Shown here: positions 10,555-22,982 of the stretch, piece after piece
Numbering within the stretch: the stretch's first letter is position 1
How the letters are laid out: every line of letters starts with the position of its first letter
Source of the DNA: Zancudomyces culisetae HAW-14-8
Lineage: Eukaryota > Fungi > Kickxellomycota
Direction of reading: 5' to 3'
DNA length: 64,000 nt
Assembly: GCA_052426225.1 (NCBI GenBank)
Contig: JBNJNM010000013.1
Span: forward strand, 1,860,001 to 1,924,000
Program-made: the position numbers and the translations under genes
The notes under the pieces: model-generated
Seen by the model: the letters and a program-made list of their open reading frames with translations, nothing else
Databases searched by the model: none
What the model was told of the DNA's origin: nothing

Positions 10555-13451
10555 TTCCGCTGGTGACTATGCTTTATAAAAATAGAAGAGAATCTTTTCT
10601 GATGTAGGCACACAACACTGTTTGTTAAACAACCAGATATTATGCCATAAAAGTAGTGTTTCAATATGTTGATTAATCTTGTTTTGCTTTTTTTCTTTTG
10701 ATTTGATTTGGCTTGTTCTTGTCTTTACTTTACTTACTCTCGATTTGGTTTTATTTAGTTTGATATTTTAATTAGTCCAGTACAAATTTTCTGTGTCCCA
10801 TGTTTCATTTGCTTTCTTCCATTTAGGCTATTGATGAGGTTTAAAGAATGATGTTCCTCCCCCAGATAAAAAACATCAACTCCTCGTCAAAATTTTGAAT
10901 CAAACGAAATCAATCAGCCAATACAATTATTGTGTTTTTGCTGAAATTCAAGGAGGCAGCTTTGCTTGGACATTCTTTTGTGTTGATACAGATTAAAGTG
11001 AGTTATTTTAAACCCTCCCCTTCCGTAACGGTTTAATCTAGAACCAAGACTATTGAGAAGAAGGCTATTACCACCTCCAAAATAATTTCTAGTGTGTTTA
11101 TGGTTTTTAAAGTACCCACTCGATTCCTATTTTTTTTAACTTGACTTATCATAAAGTACTCTGTTCTTTTCATTTCTGTTTTTACCATATGAGTTTCTTA
11201 CCTATTTAATAATTCTATTGTTTCAGAGAGAAAGAGCCCTTGATAAAGTGGATAATTCTTTATCCACATTATATTGAATTGGCTAAAATCAAAAACACAA
11301 TTACTTTTTTTCAAAAAAAAAAGAAAACCACTCTACCTATTTAGCAATAAGTGCGCAGAAGTTTAAATAACTATTTATATACGTACACATATATATATAT
11401 ATATATATGAAGCGTGAATTTTGACAGTCTGCTAATAAAAGTTGTACTAAAGATATAAGGCTAGACAAGCTTCTAAAGACATAGATATGCTTATACGTCT
11501 AAGCCCAATTAGGGTGTTAAGTATACACAGTATCAATGGCGTTTGCAAACACACTTTGTACTAGTGCACCTTTCCGATGTAGACAATTGATCTCAATATA
11601 AAACATATAAATGTATACTGTACTAAGTATGCCAAAACTTGTTAAATGGGCTTCATCTACTCCCGAGAAATTTCATATGAAGGGTTTTTGTATTTCACTT
11701 TAGCGAAAGTGTGACCCAAGAAGGCTGTGTATTCGCTATAATGAGCTATTTGTAGGTTGTTTACAATGGATTTGAAAATTTGCTTTGTGGGTAGTCCTAT
11801 TAAAGCCAGCTAATTTTTAGAGATTAAAGGTAAGTCTTAAGATAAAAATAAGATTCTCAAGAAGAAATGTTGGGGCTGATCATGCTTTTGTGTTTAGTGT
11901 GGAGTGTATTCTGGTCGAATCAATCAATATCTCACAACAGGCAAGTTTATTATTTACCTAGACTAGGTTAGTCAAGCAGTAGCCAGGATGAGAAGAGGGG
12001 ATGTGTGATTAAAAATAGAAAAAAAATACCTACACCATCTAAACTTGGTAGCATTTGACAATTAAAAACGAGAGATAGATTGTGGGTATCATCTACTCGA
12101 GCCAGTACAGGTATATGACCAATACATTTTATTTTTCTTGATATACTTGAGTATATTAATAAATACTGTGGATCCCGCCACCCCCCCCCTCCATATGGAA
12201 ATGTTGCAATACTCGGCTAATAGGTCTTTAATACCATGATTATCCGTCATATAGCTTTAATTTCATGTTATGCTGACCCGAATTTGAGTATGCATTCTAG
12301 CTAAGATGAAGATTATCCAAATTGCTCTGTCCGTCATACCATATGTCAGGCGTTAGCATGGCTCAACTTTTACCGCATTTTATCCTTTTCATTTTTGCGA
12401 TATGATGATAAAGATCAAGTAGCACAAACTGTAACTGGAATTAAATCTATTCACACAGTTAAAAGTACATCACCGAGAATTCTGCTTTAGTATATTTTGG
12501 CTTTTGAAAAAAAAGCCTAAAGCCGAGTTGCTTAATTTTACAATTATAAAAAGCGTACAGCTAACCTTGTGGTAAATATAGATACATTTTACTACATTCT
12601 CAAGCCAACATCCTTGAAAACGTAATTTTTACAAGCATATGTATGGAAATAGATGCTTGAATGTGTTTAAAATTGTAAAATTTGTACGTTTTTTACTCCT
12701 AAAAAAAAGAAGAGATTCTTGGGTAGGAACTACAATACCTGGATGTTCTACTCCTGAACCCACAAAGTGTTTTCCAAGCTGTTTTTTTTATTAAAAAAAA
12801 GATAATAATTGGTGATATGATACATACCGCCAACTTCCAGTCCAAGTTGATTTTCCAGCCCACTGATTGTTGGGATTAAATTAAAAAATATTACTTTTTT
12901 TTTTATAAACTTTTGTAGGGGTGTTAATAAAACAATACTATTAATATCAGGAACTATTTGGGGGGGAGGGGCTTATTCAGGAAAATGAAAGTCTACTTCT
13001 CAAAAATAAAGTACTTGATACACGAACTAAAGAGTACTTAATAACAAAGAGGGGAGGGCTAACTGGACCAGCCAACTCTAAAGTATTTACCGGTTATTGG
13101 AATAGATTTTTAGGTGAATAATTGTTGTTTTACATCACTAATTAGCGGGGTGCTGGGTTGAATACAAAGCCAAAGTTAATGGCAAGCTTTAATATTGAGC
13201 TCTACAAAAGTATTAAAAAATTATTAAAGATATGGAGAAATGTTTGGCTACTAATTGATGTATAAATTAGCAATACTTTTAAAGGAACCAATTATTCGAA
13301 AACGGTCTTTAACCAACATCTACATACTAATAGTGTATATGAAAATAATAACTTTACAACAAAACAAGATAACCCCCAAATCTAATAAGCAACAATAAAC
13401 TGACTAATTTGGGAAACTACCTTGAGCGTTGAACACACAGTTGATAAAAAT

Positions 13452-13461
13452 CATATAAATA
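13452..13461 (+). promoter_or_regulatory. Putative TATA box (CATATAAATA) of family member 2
   Basis: Conserved between the two palindrome arms. Confidence 0.6.
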
Positions 13462-13603
13462 TGTGTGACAATCTTCTCTAGATATATTCATACATCACAA
13501 TTAGATATATACTTCTAATAGCACAATCCTACTTTAGATCCTTATTAAATTTATCTTCAATAATCATCCCCATCCGAGTTGCACTTTATAGCAAGAATAA
13601 AAA

Positions 13604-14626
13604 ATGTCAACAATAGGTGGTACCGTTAGCACATATACAGGATTTGATGATCCAAGCGCCATACTGATGGCATCTTTGCCCAATGGTGGTCTGCAACAGT
13701 ACGTTTGGGCACCAGAAGGTTACTCATCATTTCCAACTCAGGATGTGCCATTCAATACATTAGTTGTGAATTATAACACAATTCAGGATACTCTTGATAA
13801 CATTAAAGTTCGATCCACTAATCAGACTATTCCTATTTTTTCTACTTACAATACCTATCAAGTACTTTGTGATAGTAAACCATACACTTTGACACAGGAA
13901 GCTGGTAGGTATGGAGCTGGAAACAACTCAAATCCTGAGGGCATGTTTGTCAGCGATTTGCCAGCCATATCACTATTTTTACAGTGTCAAACCATTAGAT
14001 ACAATTATAAAAACAGTAACACAGTAACAACAGTGGTTGCACCGAATGCTTCACCAATTTCGACGGTACCAGTATCATCAGCAGTTCCTATAACGTCAAC
14101 ATCGTCAGTAATCGCCATAATATCATCACCAGTCCCAGCTCCAGCCCCAGCCCCTGAACCATCTCCAGCTGCAGCTCCAGCTCCGTTACCAGCCCCAGTT
14201 GCGTTACCAGCCTCAGCCCCTGAACCATCTCCAGTTTCAGCTTCTGAACCAGCACCGATATCAAGCGCTCCACTACCACTACCAACACCTGAGGTAACCA
14301 CCGCAATACCTCCTACAGCACTGATGCCTACCATATCAACATTCTCTGAAGTCTCAGCTTCAGAAGAAGTTTTGGTAGCTAATGAAGTAGCTGAGAGTTC
14401 ACCAACAGTGGGTGTTCCAATAGTGATTGATTTCGTTGAAGATACCGGTGAACCAGTCACACTTACTGTTACAGAGGTCTCGCCTATATCAGTACAAACA
14501 CAAGACACAACTGTAGTGTTACAGCCAACTATAATAGCACCTATTATTCCGGTGTCACCGAACACGTCCACAAGTACAACTGAATGTGGAAAATACGCTA
14601 ACCTTGGATCACGTCCAGTGCAATAG
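13604..14626 (+). CDS. Unknown family member 2: same N-terminal domain with shorter Pro/Ser/Thr/Glu stalk (340 aa)
   Basis: N-terminal 147 aa nearly identical to 8675-10405; same C-terminal [10 protein letters not shown]. Confidence 0.85.
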   Translation: MSTIGGTVSTYTGFDDPSAILMASLPNGGLQQYVWAPEGYSSFPTQDVPFNTLVVNYNTIQDTLDNIKVRSTNQTIPIFSTYNTYQVLCDSKPYTLTQEAGRYGAGNNSNPEGMFVSDLPAISLFLQCQTIRYNYKNSNTVTTVVAPNASPISTVPVSSAVPITSTSSVIAIISSPVPAPAPAPEPSPAAAPAPLPAPVALPASAPEPSPVSASEPAPISSAPLPLPTPEVTTAIPPTALMPTISTFSEVSASEEVLVANEVAESSPTVGVPIVIDFVEDTGEPVTLTVTEVSPISVQTQDTTVVLQPTIIAPIIPVSPNTSTSTTECGKYANLGSRPVQ

Positions 14627-15065
14627 TTAGTTGTGCCAATTAAATCATACATTTGCTGGCATACACTTGTCACCTCACACTATTTAAATTTGTGAAATCC
14701 CCATACTACTCTAGTATTCTGGATGTTTAAACCACAATATTTTATTAAATTTTCATATAAACTACTCTTATAAACGTAAACAATAGTCGTAGAATTTTTG
14801 TAAGGAAACAAACAATAAAGAGAAGACTAGCACATATAACTTTTAGCTTGAGATACGGCTGTATCGAGGGAAGCTGGAAAAGATTTATAACTTTTTGCTT
14901 TGTATGGAGTTATACCTGGCCTAATAAATTATTATAAAAGCAACTTGTATTTAGAAAAATAAATATTAAACTACCAACTGATAAGTCAGAAATCATAATA
15001 AACTATAAATGAATACTTAAAACAAAACAATGATAAAATTTTTTTACACAAGGTCACATCACAAA

Positions 15066-17003
15066 TCAAGTTTGGCTTCTGCGGGTCTTGGAAGATCGGT
15101 TTCTCTTTGTCTTTGTCTTTGTGTTGGTTTTCTTTTTTCCACGAGAGTTAGAAATATTGATAGATCGAGGAGTAACTGTTTTAACTGTTACTTCTGTTAC
15201 AGTATAAGTCTTAATGGTAGTAGTTGTTGTTGTAACGGAAGTTGTTGTAAGCGTAGTTGTGGTGCTTGTGGAAGATAAAGATGTAGGTAGAACAGTTCCA
15301 GTTATAGTTCCAGTCTCACTAGCTGCTGTAGTTGTGGTTACCAAAACTGATGATGTTGGCGATACCGCAGATGCCAATGTTGTTGATAACACTGATGATA
15401 CCGGAGATGATAGCAATGTTGACGTTGGTATTGATAATGTTGATGGTGTTGACGATGTTGACGATGTTGACGATGTTGATGGTGTTGATGGTGTTGATGG
15501 TGTTGATGGTGTTGATGGTGTTGATGGTGTTGACGATGTTGATGTTGATGATGATATTGATGATGTTGACGTCAAATCAAGTGTATTGATATCTGCATTT
15601 GGGAAAACAAACGTTGTATCAATGTTTCCAAAAGTATATACATAAGTTAGCGTTTGACACTCTAGTAGTTGTGAAATAGTAGGAAGATCTTCTACAAAGT
15701 AGCTTTCCGCATTTATATTTTCTACTGTTCCATATCTTCCCAACTCTTGAGATATTTGACGGTTTGTCCCATCACATGTTATTTGGTACTCGTATGTGTT
15801 TGAGAATATGACTTGAGTAGAGTTGTTAGCTCGAAGTTGAATACTGTCGAAAGTGTCTTGAATAGTGTTATAGTTTACAATACCTACATCAAAGATAAGC
15901 TGCTGGCTGGGTATTGCAGTATAGCCGTTTGGAGCCCAGTTGTATTGAGGTTGACCATTAGTATCTAGGCTGGATACTAGTACTGCATTCGGATTGCCGA
16001 AACCGGAATACATATTGAGAATTCCTCCAACAGGAGAAGAACTGGGTGTTGCAGTTGCAGTTGTAGTTGTAGTGGCGGTTGCAGTTGCAGTTGTAGTTGT
16101 ACTGGCGGTTGTAGTAGCGGCTGTAATAGTAGTTGTTGTAAGCGTAGTTGTGGTGCTTGTGGAAGATAAAGATGTAGGTAGAACAGTTCCAGTTATAGTT
16201 CCAGTCTCACTAGCTGCTATAGTTGTGGTTACCAAAACTGATGATGTTGGCGATACCGCAGATGCCAATGTTGTTGATAACACTGATGATACCGGAGATG
16301 ATAGCAATGTTGACGTTGGTATTGATAATGTTGATGGTGTTGACGATGTTGACGATGTTGATGATGTTAATGATGTTAATGATGTTGATGTTATTGATGT
16401 TAATGATGTTGATGTTATTGATGTTAATGATGTTGATGTTATTGATGATGATATTGATGATGATAGCAATGTCGACAATGACGATGTTGATGTTGATGAT
16501 GTTGATGTTGATGGTGTTGATGATGTTGACGTCAAATCAAGTGTATTGATATCTGCATTTGGGAAAACAAACGTTGTATCAATGTTTCCAAAAGTATATA
16601 CATAAGTTAGCGTTTGACACTCTAGTAGTTGTGAAATAGTAGGAAGATCTTCTACAAAGTAGCTTTCCGCATTTATATTTTCTACTGTTCCATATCTTCC
16701 CAACTCTTGAGATATTTGACGGTTTGTCCCATCACATGTTATTTGGTACTCGTATGTGTTTGAGAATATGACTTGAGTAGAGTTGTTAGCTCGAAGTTGA
16801 ATACTGTCGAAAGTGTCTTGAATAGTGTTATAGTTTACAATACCTACATCAAAGATAAGCTGCTGGCTGGGTATTGCAGTATAGCCGTTTGGAGCCCAGT
16901 TGTATTGAGGTTGACCATTAGTATCTAGGCTGGATACTAGTACTGCATTCGGATTACTAAATCCTGTGTATGCATTTACTATCCCACCTACTATACCTGA
17001 CAT
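15066..17003 (-). CDS. Unknown family member 3: two copies of the domain, each with a Ser/Thr stalk, and a basic C-terminal tail (645 aa)
   Basis: Shares the GG.V..YTGF, QY.WAP.GY, VNYNTIQ, YQ..CD, QE.GRYG, FV.DLP.IS..L.CQT and PNA motifs. A CTAAC branch site (17034-17030) and AG (17017-17016) suggest an intron just upstream of the ATG. Confidence 0.85.
   Translation of the reverse strand: MSGIVGGIVNAYTGFSNPNAVLVSSLDTNGQPQYNWAPNGYTAIPSQQLIFDVGIVNYNTIQDTFDSIQLRANNSTQVIFSNTYEYQITCDGTNRQISQELGRYGTVENINAESYFVEDLPTISQLLECQTLTYVYTFGNIDTTFVFPNADINTLDLTSTSSTPSTSTSSTSTSSLSTLLSSSISSSITSTSLTSITSTSLTSITSTSLTSLTSSTSSTSSTPSTLSIPTSTLLSSPVSSVLSTTLASAVSPTSSVLVTTTIAASETGTITGTVLPTSLSSTSTTTTLTTTTITAATTTASTTTTATATATTTTTATATPSSSPVGGILNMYSGFGNPNAVLVSSLDTNGQPQYNWAPNGYTAIPSQQLIFDVGIVNYNTIQDTFDSIQLRANNSTQVIFSNTYEYQITCDGTNRQISQELGRYGTVENINAESYFVEDLPTISQLLECQTLTYVYTFGNIDTTFVFPNADINTLDLTSTSSISSSTSTSSTPSTPSTPSTPSTPSTPSTSSTSSTSSTPSTLSIPTSTLLSSPVSSVLSTTLASAVSPTSSVLVTTTTAASETGTITGTVLPTSLSSTSTTTTLTTTSVTTTTTTIKTYTVTEVTVKTVTPRSINISNSRGKKKTNTKTKTKRNRSSKTRRSQT
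15241..16955. repeat. Intragenic direct duplication (15557-15995 = 16517-16955; 15241-15470 ~ 16132-16361)
   Basis: By eye the ~440-bp block is identical at offset 960, and the second block at offset 891 shows one mismatch. Confidence 0.95.
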
Positions 17004-17938
17004 AATTTTGTACCTCTATATTATATTTGGTTAGTTATTTTCAACTAAGTGCTGTTTGATATATTAAGATGAGTTCAATATATATTTCTTTATGGACTTA
17101 TACACGTTTTCTGATTTTTCACCTTTTATGTTGTAGTTTTTTTTATTCGCTATTTACTGATCCACTCATTGGGTAAATGTATTTTTATTTAAACACCCCC
17201 CACTCTCATTAACTTTTGCCCTTTTTTATACTTTGTTCACTAAATCGTAAACCTTGCATTTTATTGCTGGTTTTTGTCTTTAAATAGCCACCATTTTTAT
17301 CTTTAAGACATGGTTAATTTATTTCGTAATAACGGATGGCTCAAAACTTATCCTTTAGTAATTAGTTGGTAAACTTTCGTTGAGTATTTGAGCATGTTTT
17401 AACAATTTAAATGGTAGCTATGTTGCCTTTTCCCTGCGCTAGCGCATAAAAACGACATTTGATAATATCATCCAGCTTATTTTCTGTTAAACTTTAACTA
17501 ATAGCAATCAGACTAAAATAACAACGTCCACATCTGCACCCCCTAATCCGTCTAAATTCTTTTTTGCCATACTCACTTCTCTTTAACTCTGCAATTCCAA
17601 ACGCCCTTATTCTCAACATGAGCACATATGTTTTTTATTTCATGTTTGTTTGGACATCAAAGTCATCGTTGTGATATGTTGTTATTGAGGTTTTAAAGTC
17701 TCAAATTTTTACAGGGATATACTGAAGTTTTCTCATTATGAGCACATGCCAACATTGGCAGCGCCTTACAACATTTTTACACATCCATTTTTTGTAATTA
17801 CCTCTCGAATCCTGCTATTATGTAATTTCATTTTCTTTCAAATCTAGAGCTATTATTATTCAGATAAATTGGGCTATAACCTACTAATTAGCAGCTCTAC
17901 TTATTTTTTGGAGGGTGATAAAACATAAAACGCCAAAA

Positions 17939-19043
17939 ATGGGAACAAAGATTGGAAACCTTTTCAGATCGCGACTTCTCGATCTTTTGCACATTGTGGT
18001 ACTTATCGGATTTGTCTTTTTGGTGAAGGAATTAGTTCCCCAAAGGAAACGACTGTTTTTTTTGTCAGACCAAACGATTTCCTTTCCTCATACGAATCCG
18101 GAAGAGCAATTGTTTCCTGAATCTGTGATGGTTTTTTTGGCCTTTATTTTTCCACTATCAGTTATCTTTGCTGTTTCATTCTTTAACGGCAACAGAAACA
18201 TCGCAATCGACGGGGCTATAGGTAATTGTGCAATTCCTCGATTTCTTTAAACGAATTAACATGTTCTCGTATTAAAATAGCTCTAGTGTTTGTACATTTA
18301 TATAACCAATTCTTTACTGAAATTCCGAAGGTAAAGGCCCCTATTTTTGTCTTATTTTATGCTAATTGATACGACTTTCTTTACTCAAAAATCACTAACA
18401 TTTCTCAACATTTATTAGAGGATAGTGGGGAGACAGAGGCCAGATTTTCTTTCGAGATGCTTCTATGGGAATAAAGATAAAATTCCTCAGGAGGACCACA
18501 AGTTGCATAACGACTTTGTATGTACAAACAACAATAAGTCAATGATAAACGAAGGATACAAAAGCTTTCCTTCTGGGCATTCTTCTGGTAAGCCTACGCT
18601 TGGCACTTATTTGTGTGTTACTTAAAATCATGCTAAGTATAATTGTGTCTGTATTGTATTTAGTCGCATTTTCTGGAATGGTTTTTTTGTCATTGTTTTT
18701 GTCATTCCATTTTGGAGCCAGGATTCTAAAGGGTACCACTTACAAGATGACGATTATATTGTTTCCAATTCTCATCGCAATTATTGTTGCAACCTCAAGG
18801 ACAATAGACTACTGGCACCACTCTGGGGACGTGCTAGCTGGATCAGTAATTGGGATTTGTATGGGAATTTATGGATATAAATATCATTATTATTCGTTGA
18901 GAATTGAAGAAGCAAAAGACTTTTCTGATGATGCACCTCCTGGCAACATCAACCAACATCATCAAGGCTATGAAGAGCTTTTGGATGAGAGTAGTGAACT
19001 CAGAGACCTTAGCAATAGCGCAAGCGTCATAAATATGCACTAG
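17939..19043 (+). CDS. PAP2-family lipid phosphate phosphatase, Dpp1/Lpp1-like (exons 17939-18221, 18281-18330, 18419-18587, 18664-19043)
   Basis: The spliced product restores the three PAP2 motifs: KRIVGRQRP (KX6RP), SFPSGHSS and [12 protein letters not shown] (SRX5HX3D). Hydrophobic segments and GT-AG introns. Confidence 0.92.
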
Positions 19044-20135
19044 CGCTCGCGAACACAGACGAGAATGTGTAAACATACCTAAACTCATCGAAGTTGATAT
19101 ATTACCCTTTTTTGTACTTCCACTATTTTTTTCAATCTCAGTATGCCTTAAAAGCTCTCGAGAAACGATCTAAAAACCAGTGAGTAAATTTCAGACACCT
19201 GTGTCCCTTATACCACGAAAAAAAAAACGTTCAGCTGCTTTTATATCTTTTTTTATATTTCATACATTCTTGGTGATTGAATGCTCATACTTTATGGTCA
19301 CACTGTAAACGCGCGTATGACGTATCCAAACACCTGGAATCTGCCTGGTTATATAAATTAAACCATATTTTGTATTGCACTTTTGCCTGCGCTTTAGCTC
19401 CCCCTAGTTTACTAAAATAAACTATACATATCACATCACGCTATTCATTTTTAATGGCCTTTTATACAATCACTATCAAAACCACGGCCTTAAGACCTTT
19501 TGTATCCGTTTACTGGATGGAAAACTGCTTAAGACTAAAATCGGTAGCAGAAATGTATTTGATCCAGCGTTTGACTTGTACATTCACACCAGCTAGATAA
19601 ATACATCACAGTTGTCGTGATTACCTCATATACCCGTGATAACAAAAAAACACCTGACACGTAAAGTTATGGTTCTCTGAAAACGTTTTGACTACTACTT
19701 TTACAGTCATAAAAATCACGGGTCTGAACAAAACCTTGCATGCTTGCAATATTTTCGGAAATGCCAGTACCATGTTTACTTTGAACCTTGGCGCAAATGG
19801 TGAGCTGGGTTTGATCAGTATCATACACGATTTATACTTTTTTTGTATACAGATACAAAGGCTTTCTTTCCAATTACCACATCTGTTTATTTTTGTAATA
19901 ATGGTTCAGGTAAAAATCGGCTGATCTTTTTTGTATATTTAATCTACCAATATATTTAAGCGTCTTTTTTAAAATGCGAAAATGAAAAATAAAATAAAAA
20001 TGGTAAAAAATTGGTGATCTGGGGTTGATCAAATAAAGTGGAAATAAAAAAATTTTCTATTAACTAAGGAGCCAAGGAATTAATCTGAAAGAACAAAAAA
20101 ATACAACCAGGGAATCCAATCTAGAAATATATAGT

Positions 20136-21299
20136 ATGAGTGAAGGTATGAAAAAAGAAAAGAGAAAGCCGGCAGGGTTGAAATCCTCCGCTGAAAAAAG
20201 AGCAAAGGTGGATGATAATGTAAGGATGGTTCGCGACTTTGAAGATGAAAGAACAGCGACCGTTGTGTTAAAAAATGTCGAAGGGGAGAACGTGAATGAA
20301 GTCGACGAGATTGAAGAGATCTACAATAATGCATTGGAGGAAGTGGAGGACGATAAAGAAAAGGCCGTAATGTTATTGAGTGGGACAGTTCATGAATGCA
20401 ATCGAATAATCCAGACAAACGATGGTGCAAAAGACAAGCAACCTCTTCCATATAAACTATACTATTTATATGGAATAAGTCTATTTGATCTTAGCGAGCT
20501 TGATGAACCAGAAGACGCTCTCGAATATCTGAAGCTCAGTTTGGAAAGGCTTTCTCAGGCCAAAGATATACACGAAACACAGATGTGTGAAGAAAAGGAT
20601 ACAAGAATCTATGTTGGATTGGGAAAAGTAAATTTAAGCATTGCCAGAAAAGCTGAGAAGGAAAAGGATGTTATTGAATCTTTGAACTCTTCTCTGATGT
20701 ACTTTAAAACTGCTTTTGATGCGCTCGAAGCCAAGATATCACGCTTAAAAAGCAACGAAGAGCAGAAAAAGGAGTATACAACTGAGATATACAATATCAT
20801 CGATCTTCTGTTATTGTACTGTGAAAATAATCCTATCTTTGAAGCGATTGAATGTTGTTCCGAATTTATCACACAAAAACTGGAGGAATTGAAAAAAACT
20901 ACCAACACATATGAGCCACATTTTTTTTCTGCGCAGCTTCAATGGTGTTTGGCATTGTATTACCTAAATTTGCTAGATCAATCTGCCACAGACGATGACA
21001 AGGATGAAGGCCACGATGAACATCAACGTCTAGCGTTGGAGAAGCTTGAAATGGCCGAAAAGCACTTGAATAGCTGTGTAAAAAGCGCTGCCGACCCCGC
21101 CTCCTTGCCTCGTGAAACGTATATTATGTTTGGTGAAGTTTTGTTGAATAAGGGGAATTTGCTTTCTGACTCTGGAAATACAGAAGAAGAACAATACAGG
21201 CTTGCTGCGAAAAAATTCAAAATGGCCATAGATATTTCGGCAGGCGACACTGATGGTCTGCCTGAATACGTTTTGGAGTTCGTTGAGGAATGGTTGTGA
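20136..21299 (+). CDS. ETT1: Ett1/Nro1-like protein (enhancer of translation termination / negative regulator of Ofd1)
   Basis: N-terminal KRKPAGLK and LLSGTVHECNRII resemble the Ett1/Nro1 KRPLGL and GVIHECDRLL motifs; helical-repeat acidic body. Confidence 0.7.
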   Translation: MSEGMKKEKRKPAGLKSSAEKRAKVDDNVRMVRDFEDERTATVVLKNVEGENVNEVDEIEEIYNNALEEVEDDKEKAVMLLSGTVHECNRIIQTNDGAKDKQPLPYKLYYLYGISLFDLSELDEPEDALEYLKLSLERLSQAKDIHETQMCEEKDTRIYVGLGKVNLSIARKAEKEKDVIESLNSSLMYFKTAFDALEAKISRLKSNEEQKKEYTTEIYNIIDLLLLYCENNPIFEAIECCSEFITQKLEELKKTTNTYEPHFFSAQLQWCLALYYLNLLDQSATDDDKDEGHDEHQRLALEKLEMAEKHLNSCVKSAADPASLPRETYIMFGEVLLNKGNLLSDSGNTEEEQYRLAAKKFKMAIDISAGDTDGLPEYVLEFVEEWL

Positions 21300-22982
21300 T
21301 CTCTGCGTACCTTCTTATTTTATCGCTTTACTAACTTTATTTACTTTTTCTCGCGAACTATCTAAAGCGAGGTTTTTTGTCTTTTTATTTGAAACACCGG
21401 TCAGTTTTCTTTTGTAAACGCACGATTTCTTCACGCATTCATTCACTAATATTATATTTGTTTTTTTAGCTGTTCCTCTTGGTACTAGCATTTTTCTTAA
21501 CTATTTTAGACGCTTTGAACTAAAACCTAGCCCTTAAGAAAGAAAGATGTGCAAATATATACACACTAGATGTGGTCGACCTCTTGGGCCACTATGTTGA
21601 CTAGTCTTGTAGCAAGGCCAGGTTTAGTTTACGTTGACCTATGAGATATAGTTGTTGGTTATTTTTATCTCAATAAAGTCGCTCAGATGTGCTCAACATC
21701 CAGCTGTTTGTATTTACTGAACAATTGATCAAAAATGCAACTCCTAGATAAAAAAAATGTTAGGAAATGTGTTAGGTTATATTCTTCACTAGAATACCAC
21801 AGTTCTACAGCCATTAGCATTTTTTTTCAAAATAAAAGTAACGCGCTGAAGAAGAGTTCCTCAACCACCCAAAATAACGCGGAAGGAGGCTATAAAGAAC
21901 TCACATCTTAAATAATACTCGAAGGGGTGTAAACTGTTTTATGACATAGAGTCTCTTCCACTTCCCTCGGCTTGGGAAAGCTCTAGTAAGAGCTAGCCAT
22001 AGGCTGAAAGAACCACACATGCAAATTGATTTGTCACCCGAATTACATTTTTTATTATTAAACAAGCACAATGTTTTCAGGATGCGCGCTTCAGAGGGTA
22101 TATGTTGTATTTATACATTTGTGTAGGGATACATGATTGAGTTTCTATTAAGCTAACATTTACAATTGGGCTGTGGCTCCCAGACGCTACTTATTTTATT
22201 CTATTAAAATTCTTACAATCAACCTAACCACGTAATTGAAATGTTGTGAATATAACAATATCACTTATGGTTTTAGTGGTAGTTTACTAAAGTTCCTGTT
22301 ATTACCATAGTTGAGCTAGCCAGAAGGGTCTGGAATTAAAGTGGGTGTCAAAATGTTTTGAGAATCAAAAGCTTAGGCTCGGTTCTAAAATGGATCTGCA
22401 GCTAATAGTTTTAGAGAGTTTACTGGATAAAAAATTCTCCAAAGCGTTATGCTTTTTCAATTTTAATTTAAAAGGAAAGTCAACAACCACAACATTTGGA
22501 GCTAGAACGGATGTGATATTGCTAATGCATGTTGGTGGAAATTAAAATTTGCGCTATACCAATTCAAAAAAACGGATTTACAACTGCTAGACTAGAACAT
22601 TTGCGTTACACTTTATTTTTTTTTGCAAATGTAATAGGAATAATAAAACAGCTGCCAGGGAAAGGTGGATGAGGCGGATTTTAATATTCTCACTACAGTG
22701 TTCTGCAACCCATTATACCAAAAATATGAAAAGAAAAGTCATCGTTTTGCCTCACACTAGTGCATCGCAATTATGGTAATTTAATGATCTACTTTGTAAA
22801 CTAAAATAATGGATAGTCATAATTATACACAAACTATTTTTCTTAAATAGGGTACTAGAGAAATATAAGGCTAACTTAATAAAAACCTTGAAAAATATGC
22901 TGTTAGATTTTTTATCCAGATAATATAGAAATTTCCTTAAAAATACAATCTATAGACGTATACTAGACAAGGGCATTTAAAT

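Larger units (their letters stand above)
13452..14927. repeat. Right arm of inverted duplication
   Basis: Reverse-complement match to 8374-10554 in the promoter, N-terminal domain, an internal block and ~335 bp at the 3' end. Confidence 0.95.

Noticed and set aside
11248-11268. Inverted pair resembling DnaA boxes (GTGGATAA-TTCT-TTATCCACA)
   Set aside because: Eukaryotic DNA; a single short palindrome is expected by chance
8374-14927. Transposon with long terminal inverted repeats
   Set aside because: No transposase ORF in the spacer and no target-site duplication seen; the arms are the genes themselves
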